NCBI GenBank assembly: GCA_001794215.1
Contig: MGJK01000018.1
Location: 1-59,152, forward strand
Reading direction: 5' to 3'
From: Candidatus Yanofskybacteria bacterium RIFCSPHIGHO2_01_FULL_44_24
Lineage (GTDB): Bacteria; Patescibacteriota; Minisyncoccia; 2-02-FULL-40-12; GWA2-44-9
DNA length: 59,152 bases
Part shown: positions 25,408 to 33,208 of the stretch, piece after piece
Numbering within the stretch: the first letter of the stretch is position 1
How the letters are laid out: each line of letters begins with the position of its first letter
Program-made: the position numbers and the translations under genes
Notes under the pieces: model-generated
Seen by the model: only the letters and a program-made list of their open reading frames with translations
What the model was told of the DNA's origin: nothing
Database searches by the model: none

Positions 25408-26157
25408 ATGCCTACGCCACTCTCTATTCTGAACCTTAACTGCTGGTTATTCCCACCGCCGCTGTCTTCAGATTGTGAAGCCCGCCTTACTAATATTATA
25501 AAGATTATAAACGAGCACGGTCCCGATATTATTACCCTGCAAGAAATATGGTCGAATAAACATCTAAGATATTTAAAAGATGAGCTTTCCGATTATACTG
25601 CGCTTTCTTCCGGATCTATGATTTATAATCGAAGCGGTTTAGTAACTTTTACAAAACCGCGGCCTGCGTCATCAAAAATAGGCTTTTTCAAGCTCTCCAT
25701 AAAACATAATCCGACCGAGTGGTTTTTGCATAGAGGGTATATCAAGGTAGATCTAAAATTAAATAACCACGATTTCAGCATTATAAATACCCACCTATAC
25801 GCGCCTTTTTCTACGAGAGCGAAAGCAATTACGGAACATCAATTTGAGGAATTAATAAAAAACATCCCCTCCTCAGGTAGTGTCCTCATCTCAGGGGACT
25901 TGAATATCGACGAACAAAAGTTCGCCAAAATGAATCAGGATAAATTCTTGAGACTATGCGATTCCCAGCCGACTTCCGATGCGAAAAACCCTTATAGCTA
26001 CGGGAGGTTCAACAGACTGATGTCGCACGAGAATAAGAAAATTGATTATATGCTTTTCAGAGGGAAGATCCTCCCGAAATCTGAGTATCAGTTAATTCAA
26101 GCCCCCTTCGTTTCCGACCATTATCCCATGTTCTGCCGTCTTAATTTCGAATTTTAA
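25408..26157 (+). CDS. endonuclease/exonuclease/phosphatase (EEP) family protein, sphingomyelinase-like
   Basis: LNLNCW...DIITLQEIW, NTHL, GDLN and the C-terminal SDHYP motif. Confidence 0.8.
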   Translation: MPTPLSILNLNCWLFPPPLSSDCEARLTNIIKIINEHGPDIITLQEIWSNKHLRYLKDELSDYTALSSGSMIYNRSGLVTFTKPRPASSKIGFFKLSIKHNPTEWFLHRGYIKVDLKLNNHDFSIINTHLYAPFSTRAKAITEHQFEELIKNIPSSGSVLISGDLNIDEQKFAKMNQDKFLRLCDSQPTSDAKNPYSYGRFNRLMSHENKKIDYMLFRGKILPKSEYQLIQAPFVSDHYPMFCRLNFEF

Positions 26158-26165
26158 ACGCCACT

Positions 26166-26711
26166 ATGAAAAAGTACTTAGGACTTTCGAAATACCATAT
26201 GGGCGTTGTAGCCATCTACGCCCTGTTGACTCCTCTCCTGTTTATTCTTTTATCGGGCGAGTTGAATTACGGCTTTACTCGGGGTTATTTCGGAGTAGTA
26301 ATAACAATCGTCGCCTGCACAGTTTTTGGTTTTTTCTATTTTCTACGGTCCGATTGGGCCAGAAGACCCCATCTAAAGCTATACCGGGTCTTCTTGGCAA
26401 CCCTATATGGAGTTACCTTTGCGTTCCCAGAAGAAATAATTTTTCGCGGAATAATTCAAAAGTTCATTCAAGTATACCATGCCGATGTGATCGCTGCGAT
26501 TTTCTTTTCTGCGCTGATATTCGGAATGGCGCATTTGTTTAATGGCGCAAGTAATTTTCACCCGCTAAATTGGAATTGGAAATTTGCCGGACTAACGTTT
26601 TTAACCGGATTGATCCTGGGTTCAATCTTCGCCCTGACGAATAGTTTACTGATAACCACCTTGCTTCATGCTTTATTTGTCACCTACCTCAGGTTAATTA
26701 ACAGGGGATAA
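26166..26711 (+). CDS. CPBP (CAAX/Abi) family intramembrane metalloprotease
   Basis: EEIIFRG, FGMAHL and LLHALF motifs in a polytopic protein. Confidence 0.8.
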   Translation: MKKYLGLSKYHMGVVAIYALLTPLLFILLSGELNYGFTRGYFGVVITIVACTVFGFFYFLRSDWARRPHLKLYRVFLATLYGVTFAFPEEIIFRGIIQKFIQVYHADVIAAIFFSALIFGMAHLFNGASNFHPLNWNWKFAGLTFLTGLILGSIFALTNSLLITTLLHALFVTYLRLINRG

Positions 26712-26779
26712 GAGGCTCCCTTGATTCTCGTCTTTAAAAGCGTTAGTTTGGTGACAGTTCGTTTTCAACCGGAAGGCCC

Positions 26780-27118
26780 ATGAACGACAAAAAAGACTTC
26801 GGTCTTGTTTTCTGGATTCATTTAGCCATTATCCTGCTCTTTTATTCTTCACCGTTCCTTTTCTCCTGGAAAGTCATAACCGGCACTATCTTTCTTTATT
26901 ATTTGCAGTTGTTAGTTTTTAAAGGTTGCGTACTGACAAAGGTAGAGTTGGAATCAAGAGGGGAGAGACGATCTTTTAATTACTACTACTTGGCTAAGCT
27001 CGGCCTGAAAATGGATGAGAAAAAGTTTATCTTTATCCTCGATTTCATCGTTCCCTGGGCAGTCGTCGCCCTTGCCTTCCTATGGCAAGCAGCCCTTGGT
27101 CATTCCACAGTATTTTAA
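26780..27118 (+). CDS. membrane protein, function unknown
   Basis: 112 aa with 3-4 hydrophobic helices. A bidirectional terminator follows. Confidence 0.55.
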   Translation: MNDKKDFGLVFWIHLAIILLFYSSPFLFSWKVITGTIFLYYLQLLVFKGCVLTKVELESRGERRSFNYYYLAKLGLKMDEKKFIFILDFIVPWAVVALAFLWQAALGHSTVF

Positions 27119-27141
27119 ATCCCGCGATAGCGGGATTTTTA
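27117..27141. terminator. bidirectional terminator between convergent genes
   Basis: AAATCCCGC-GATA-GCGGGATTTTT. Confidence 0.7.
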
Positions 27142-27145
27142 GTAA

Positions 27146-28174
27146 TCAGGACTGAACCTTGCGGATGATCTCGTCAGTCATCTCAGTAGTACTGGCCGGT
27201 TTGCCGACACGATGTAAAAGATGGGCGTCTCCGGTGACAACACGGCCCTCGAAAACAACCTGGTAAACCGATTCTCTAATTTTCTTAGCTGCTTCGCTCT
27301 CTCCGATATGCTCGAGCATCATTACCGCGGAAAGAATCAGAGCCGATGGATTTGCTTTATTCTGGCCTGCGATATCCGGCGCCGTACCATGAACCGCCTC
27401 AAATAATGCTACGCCTTCTCCGATATTCGCTCCGGGCGTAAAGCCCAAACCCCCTACTAAACCGGCGCATTCATCAGAAAGGATATCCCCGAACATATTC
27501 GTTAAAACAATAACATCGTATTCGGAAGGATACATAACAAGTTCTTTGGCCATATTATCGACGATCCTGTCCTGGAAGACAATATCGGGATAGCGGGCCG
27601 AGATGCTTCTTCCGGCATTCAGAAAAAGTCCCTGGGTGAGTTTAAGAATATTGGCCTTATGAGCGCAGGTCACCTTCTTTCTGCCGTGCTTCGTTGCATA
27701 CTCAAAAGCGTGCCGGAAAATACGCTCTGATTCAAATTTGCTTATTCGGCTTACGGCCTCGGCTATAGTATGCGCATCATCTACCCACCGCTCCTCACCG
27801 ATATAAATATCCTCGGTCCCTTGCCTGAAAACAACGATATCAACGTCCTTAAATGGAGTGATCTGACCGGGAATAATCTTCACCGGCCGGATGTTAGCGT
27901 AAAGATCGAGCTTCATGCGAAGCTCGACATTAGCACTACGGTGGCCTTCGCCTAACGGAGTATCAGTTGGGCCTTTCAAGCCCAACTTATTCCGTATTAG
28001 GGAATCAAGGGTCTCCTTCGGCAGAGCGTTACCGGTTTCTTTTAGAACCCCCAGCCCGGCACGTGCAACTTCCCAGTCTATTTTCACACCGGCAGCCTCA
28101 ATCACCCGTTGAGTTGCGGCAGTGACTTCCGGTCCGATTCCATCTCCAAGAATAAGCGTAGCTCTATAGGCCAT
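27146..28174 (-). CDS. isocitrate/isopropylmalate dehydrogenase family enzyme (NAD-IDH/homoisocitrate-DH-like)
   Basis: LILGDGIGPEV, RSANVELRMKLDLYANIRP and NMFGDILSDE. Confidence 0.85.
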   Translation of the reverse strand: MAYRATLILGDGIGPEVTAATQRVIEAAGVKIDWEVARAGLGVLKETGNALPKETLDSLIRNKLGLKGPTDTPLGEGHRSANVELRMKLDLYANIRPVKIIPGQITPFKDVDIVVFRQGTEDIYIGEERWVDDAHTIAEAVSRISKFESERIFRHAFEYATKHGRKKVTCAHKANILKLTQGLFLNAGRSISARYPDIVFQDRIVDNMAKELVMYPSEYDVIVLTNMFGDILSDECAGLVGGLGFTPGANIGEGVALFEAVHGTAPDIAGQNKANPSALILSAVMMLEHIGESEAAKKIRESVYQVVFEGRVVTGDAHLLHRVGKPASTTEMTDEIIRKVQS

Positions 28175-28283
28175 TTGTTCCTTTGTTTTAAAAGATATAC
28201 GTATAAATAATATGATGCATTAATTTTTAAGTTTGGTCAACCTTCCCTCAAATCCCTCAAAAATTTTGCCGAAAGATCTATTT

Positions 28284-28327
28284 TAAACCGCCGCCCTTTA
28301 TGATATATCATAAAGGGCGGCGGTTTA
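28284..28327. repeat. PAL24 palindrome copy 2 (44-bp perfect palindrome; core 28294-28317)
   Basis: TAAACCGCCG-CCCTTTATGATATATCATAAAGGG-CGGCGGTTTA. Intergenic, downstream of the PBP1A gene. Confidence 0.9.
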
Positions 28328-28435
28328 TCTTTTCGTTTACGCCAGATTCCATTTGGATACGACAAGAATTAAAACCTCGACGACATTCCTGTCCGGGATT
28401 TTCTGTATTGAAATAAAAATCCCCCGAACAGGGGA

Positions 28436-30664
28436 TTACTTTTTACCGAGGTATATATCAATGCTCTTTTCGATCTCTTCAGGGAAAGCCGGCGCAGGAC
28501 CGACTAACTTTCGGTCGTAAATCTTTTTAACTATTTCTCGAAAGACAGGCAGGGCCGCTCGTCCGCCGGCTTCTTTATTTCCAAGACCGCGGGCCGGACC
28601 AGTTCCAAAATTACCGCTTTCATCATAACCAAGAGACGGCTCATCGAATCCGATTTTAACTCCGACGGTTATTCCTTCGGATCCATAAGTGGCGCCGATG
28701 AACCAAGCATCCTTGAAGTCATTAGTGGTGCCTGTCTTTCCCATCACCGCAACTCCAAAATCTTTGTTATCGAGAGAATGGGCGGTTCCATCGGGAAGAC
28801 GAACTACGCCTCTAAGCCCTTCCTGAATCAGCTGAAGAACTCCTTCTTTTACAGGAACGGGCACCGGCTCTTTGCGTTTATTAGAAAAGATAAGCCTGCC
28901 GGTCCGATCGGTAATTCTCTCAATCATATACGGTTCAGCTAAAGATCCTGAGGCAATCGACCTATAGACATTGGCAAGCTCGAGGAGATTAACTTCCGAG
29001 GCGCCAAGAGCGGTAGTGATATAAGGCTGCAGTTCGGTTTTGATACCCAAAGATTTAGCAACATCGATAACCTGGTCAATCCCGCCATTAGCCCTAACAA
29101 GCCAAACAGTTGCCGCGTTTCTTGATTCGGCAAGAGCAACCCTCAAAGGAATCGCACCCTTATACTTACCGTCATAATTGCTGATGGTCTTGGCGGGACG
29201 GTTGTTACCCATCGCCACATGAACCGGAATATCCATAACCGGCTGATCAAGAGTCCAGCCGTTTTCAAAAGCGGTAATATAGTCAAGAGGTTTGAAAGAT
29301 GAACCCGGTTGACGAATTGAGTAGGTAACCCTGTTAAGGTCGCTGTATTTATAGGGATGGCCCTTAAAATACTGACGACCGCCGGATTGGGCAAGAATAG
29401 CGCCGTCACTATTTCTCAAAACAATTACGCATCCCTGGATAAGCCCCTTGGCTTCCGGGTGGCGATCTTCATAGGCTTTTAAGCCGCTCTCCAGGGCGTG
29501 ATTAACAATGTCCTGAATTTTAAGATTGGCCGTCGAATAAATCTGAATTTTTCCGTTAAACAGATCGTCCGAGTTCTGGCTATGCCGCCTGAGTTCTTTG
29601 AAAATATCGCCCACAACCGAAGGAGCAATGGTCTTGGTCCGCCCCGGAATCACGATCGGAAGATCGCGCTGCTTGAAATTGTTGACGTCTTGCTTGAGTA
29701 TATATCCGTTCTCGACCATAAGGTCTAAAACGGCATTCCGCCTGTTAACCTGCCTTTGAAGCTCGAGTTTCGACGGTTTCACCGAAGGACCGTAAGCGGT
29801 CGGATTTTTAATCGTGCCGGCTAAGAGAGCGGCTTTATCGGCGTCGTCCGGACCGAAATCCCCGATTTTCTTGTCGAAATAAAACTCTGACGCCGCTTCT
29901 ACGCCGTAACGGCCGTACTTAAGATAAGCATAGCTTGCATACCGAGCCAAGATTTCTTCTTTGGCGGTTTGCTTTGAACCAAAATACTCCGGCTTAGCTA
30001 ACTCTTTTTCCAGCCAAATCGCTATCCGCGCCTCTTCAAGCTTTCTGAATAATCGGTTGGTGCGCGAAGGACCCAATACTTTACTTAGCGCTTTCGACAA
30101 AAAACTATCCGAGATCAGAACGTCTTTTCTTTCGTTGGCCATCGTATCGGATAAAAAGTACAGCCGGACAATCTGCTGAGTAATCGTTGAAGCGCCCTGC
30201 TCGAATGCAATATTCGGACGGCCTTTGCGTACCGTTGATTTAATCGAATGAAACGTATCAACATAAAAAGCTCTGCCGATAGCCCATTTATCAATGCCGT
30301 TGTGGCTATAGAAGGCCCCGTCTTCGGCTGAAATAATAGCCTGCTTTACGATCGGAGGAATTTCATCCGGCCTTACTATGCGCCGGTATTCATTGGCAAG
30401 CTCGATAACAACCCGTCCGTCTTTGTCGTATATCACCCCTATCGTCGGAGCCTCAAAGTTGATAAAAGATTTCACATCGGGCAAATCGCTTCTGTAGAGA
30501 TAGATATAGATCAGAACCGGGGCTGCCAAGGTAAGGAAGCACAGGAAAAGCGCACCCACAGCCTTCCAAAAGATGGAATAAGCCCGCCAACTGCCTCTTA
30601 CGAATAACCAGCAGCCCTTGAGGAAGTTGTAGGTTTTAGAGCCGACCTTCAGGATTCGTTTCAA
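28436..30664 (-). CDS. bifunctional penicillin-binding protein 1A (glycosyltransferase GT51 + transpeptidase)
   Basis: AEDGAFYSHNGID, GASTITQQ, SSFKP (SxxK), SRN and KTGTT. N-terminal TM anchor. Confidence 0.9.
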   Translation of the reverse strand: MKRILKVGSKTYNFLKGCWLFVRGSWRAYSIFWKAVGALFLCFLTLAAPVLIYIYLYRSDLPDVKSFINFEAPTIGVIYDKDGRVVIELANEYRRIVRPDEIPPIVKQAIISAEDGAFYSHNGIDKWAIGRAFYVDTFHSIKSTVRKGRPNIAFEQGASTITQQIVRLYFLSDTMANERKDVLISDSFLSKALSKVLGPSRTNRLFRKLEEARIAIWLEKELAKPEYFGSKQTAKEEILARYASYAYLKYGRYGVEAASEFYFDKKIGDFGPDDADKAALLAGTIKNPTAYGPSVKPSKLELQRQVNRRNAVLDLMVENGYILKQDVNNFKQRDLPIVIPGRTKTIAPSVVGDIFKELRRHSQNSDDLFNGKIQIYSTANLKIQDIVNHALESGLKAYEDRHPEAKGLIQGCVIVLRNSDGAILAQSGGRQYFKGHPYKYSDLNRVTYSIRQPGSSFKPLDYITAFENGWTLDQPVMDIPVHVAMGNNRPAKTISNYDGKYKGAIPLRVALAESRNAATVWLVRANGGIDQVIDVAKSLGIKTELQPYITTALGASEVNLLELANVYRSIASGSLAEPYMIERITDRTGRLIFSNKRKEPVPVPVKEGVLQLIQEGLRGVVRLPDGTAHSLDNKDFGVAVMGKTGTTNDFKDAWFIGATYGSEGITVGVKIGFDEPSLGYDESGNFGTGPARGLGNKEAGGRAALPVFREIVKKIYDRKLVGPAPAFPEEIEKSIDIYLGKK

Positions 30665-30775
30665 GAAAAACCTCCTTTTTATTCAGTTTTTAAGGGCCTC
30701 TCCGATGCCCATGTATTACCATATTTTTGAGGCAATGTAAAATCCCCGATATGGGGATTCGAGTTCGGCCTTCTC

Positions 30776-31159
30776 TTAAGTGACAGAGGAATTACCGAGC
30801 GCGCTTCTAAGACAATGGATGAAGCCGGTCAAAAGCCTGTCCCGGTGAGCCTGAACGTATCTTTGAGAAGTTTTTACGTAGTCTTCCTCGGTGTCGTAAA
30901 GAGAATAATCTCCGACGGTAGAACGGAAATCGGGATCCATCAATCTGGCATACTTCTCAAGAAGGTAATCGAGCGACGGATCAACTACTTCGTAACTGCG
31001 ATGAGGCGATGAAAGCAACCATTTATTATCGCCGCAAAAAATGAAGCTGGCCTGAAAACTAAGATTCCGGAATACAGTCGTAAAGGGCAGATTTTTCGAT
31101 CGATGAACCCGATCGAGAGCCAGAATCAAACGCCAAGCCCTTGCTTCTTTTTCAGTCAT
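30776..31159 (-). CDS. hypothetical protein
   Basis: 127-aa ORF with a downstream hairpin AATCCCC-GATAT-GGGGATT (30741-30759). No motif recognised. Confidence 0.55.
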   Translation of the reverse strand: MTEKEARAWRLILALDRVHRSKNLPFTTVFRNLSFQASFIFCGDNKWLLSSPHRSYEVVDPSLDYLLEKYARLMDPDFRSTVGDYSLYDTEEDYVKTSQRYVQAHRDRLLTGFIHCLRSALGNSSVT

Positions 31160-31198
31160 TCCCGACCTCCTTAAGCTGAACGAACTGACGACTAATTA

Positions 31199-33115
31199 TC
31201 ATACAACCTGCCGAGGGTCAAGATCGACAGACCAATAGGGCGGCACGAATTTCAATATCTCTTCCGGCCTCATCTTAACGGGAATCTTCAGCACTAAATT
31301 ATATATATAGAAGCCTTTTTCCCGACCCACTAAAGCCGGATACGGACCGGCAATTTTTACTAAATCCTGAAATTGCATTTTTATAATGGCCATCTTTAAT
31401 TTTTCAGAAAGAACCCGGGCGGCATAAGAAGCCTTTTCTTCATCCTTATGTTTGAAGGTTAGCTTGGCAATTCTTGAAAACGGGGGATAATAAAAAAGTT
31501 CGCGGGCGGCTAAATCATTCTCGAAAAAAGGCTTCCGGTCTCCGGAAACGGCAGACATGAGGGCCGTATTATCGGTATTATAAGACTGGATAATAACCTC
31601 TTCGGGATCAAAATCCAGTAATTTTTCAAAATGGTATAGAAACTTTTCGTCGGATTGAAAGTCCGGCCAATTCAACATTGAATCTGCATTAAGTAGCGCA
31701 ACCATATCGAATTTCTGAGAATACCTTAAGGGCAGGATTTTATGGGTAGCTACGATAACGGCGAACTCAGATTGATTTATCTGATCGATAACTTCTTTCT
31801 CCTGATTTTCGGTCTCAACAAAATCGTTATCCACGAGAATAACGGGAGCGGCGTATTTTTTACTTTCGAGATATCTTTCTACCTCTTCCTTAATTTTCTG
31901 AGTCCCGGCCGTACCAACCGGCTTTAGTTTTGAGCTGTGACAATTGGGGCAGGCATTAATAACCTTGTCGGATTTAAGGCACCGATGGCAGGTCATGATA
32001 GGCTCCGGGACTTTATGAAGTCTCAGGGCGACGGAACAATCTCGGCATTTCGGGAAAAATCCGCAATTTTCACAGATCAAGATTCCGGAATATCCCTTCC
32101 GGGGAGAGAATATCAGTACTTTTTTTCGGTTAATCGCGGCTGATTCAATGGCTTTTTGAAGATCGCGGCTGAATTGTGAAAAATTACCGCTCCTTATTTC
32201 TTTGACCATATCCACCGATACCACGGACGGTCTCTTCTGATTGCTTGCATCGAAAAACTCTAAATTCTTGTTTTTAATGCCCCAATAGTCGGCAACCAAA
32301 GGCAGGGAAGAAAGATAGACTATCTTGCAGTTATTTATCCGGGAAATCTTGCGGGACAAGTCAACGGCATTGTACTTTGGAGTCATATCTGACTTGTAGG
32401 CGTCGTTCGAGGGATCGTCTACGACAATCAGGCCGAGCTTATGAAACGGAATAAAAAGAGCCTGTCGAGTCCCAATAATGATGTCGGTTTCACCGGAAAC
32501 GATCCTGCCCCATTTTTCGGATAAGACTTTCTGAGCCATACCGCTATGAATCGATGCGGCCTCATAATGCTTTGCCAATTCTTCGTAATAAAAACCGATG
32601 ATGCTCGTTTCCGGAACTAAAATTAAGACCTGATTTTTTTCTTTAAGAGTCTGCCTTATCAAGTTTTTAATATTTTCGATTGAACTCTTTGCTTTCGTTG
32701 CCACGAATAGGGGAGCAGGAAGAGTTTGACCTGCTTTGATATCAAAATCGGCATTTGCGGAAATCGGATAGCTTTTTTTCAGTAAGAACTGGGGTAAAAC
32801 GGTTTTTAAACAATAGCCTAAAGGAGCCTGATAGTACTGGGCGATCCAGTTCGCTATTTTAAACTGAACATCGGAAACTAAACGCCTTTCATCCACCACT
32901 TTATTAATCTTCTTGAGCTCAAACCCGTAATTTTTCAACATAATTTTCTGCTGCTCAAGAGGAGTGACGGAAACAACGGCCGCATTGACCTTTCGGCTTC
33001 CTATTGAAATCTCTACTACGGAACCTTTCTCGAGTTTTTGATCAAAATAGTAAGTCAGCAGCTGAGAAATGCTGCTCGGTAAGATGGTCAGGGGTATAAC
33101 TTCGATGATATACAT
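31199..33115 (-). CDS. priA: primosomal protein N' (PriA) homolog with degenerate helicase motifs
   Basis: Start set at MYIIEVIPL. The PriA layout and Cys-rich Zn region are present (CENCGFFPKCRDCS...CHRC...CPNC). Walker A, DEEH and QxxGRxGR positions are not conserved. Confidence 0.75.
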   Translation of the reverse strand: MYIIEVIPLTILPSSISQLLTYYFDQKLEKGSVVEISIGSRKVNAAVVSVTPLEQQKIMLKNYGFELKKINKVVDERRLVSDVQFKIANWIAQYYQAPLGYCLKTVLPQFLLKKSYPISANADFDIKAGQTLPAPLFVATKAKSSIENIKNLIRQTLKEKNQVLILVPETSIIGFYYEELAKHYEAASIHSGMAQKVLSEKWGRIVSGETDIIIGTRQALFIPFHKLGLIVVDDPSNDAYKSDMTPKYNAVDLSRKISRINNCKIVYLSSLPLVADYWGIKNKNLEFFDASNQKRPSVVSVDMVKEIRSGNFSQFSRDLQKAIESAAINRKKVLIFSPRKGYSGILICENCGFFPKCRDCSVALRLHKVPEPIMTCHRCLKSDKVINACPNCHSSKLKPVGTAGTQKIKEEVERYLESKKYAAPVILVDNDFVETENQEKEVIDQINQSEFAVIVATHKILPLRYSQKFDMVALLNADSMLNWPDFQSDEKFLYHFEKLLDFDPEEVIIQSYNTDNTALMSAVSGDRKPFFENDLAARELFYYPPFSRIAKLTFKHKDEEKASYAARVLSEKLKMAIIKMQFQDLVKIAGPYPALVGREKGFYIYNLVLKIPVKMRPEEILKFVPPYWSVDLDPRQVV

Positions 33116-33208
33116 GAAACAAGGTAAATTAATTATCAATCTATCCCGATTTAGGATATTTATCAAATGACGTTTGTCGGGATGATTTTTTCAAGATATA
33201 CTTTCACT

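Noticed and set aside
27117-27141. Recurrent terminator stems of the form AATCCCC-loop-GGGGATT (also near 28419, 30741, 41077, 48417 and 58319) considered as another repeat family
   Set aside because: They share only a 6-8-bp GC clamp flanked by A/T runs. That is the generic requirement of intrinsic terminators. The loops and flanks differ, so they are reported as ordinary terminators.
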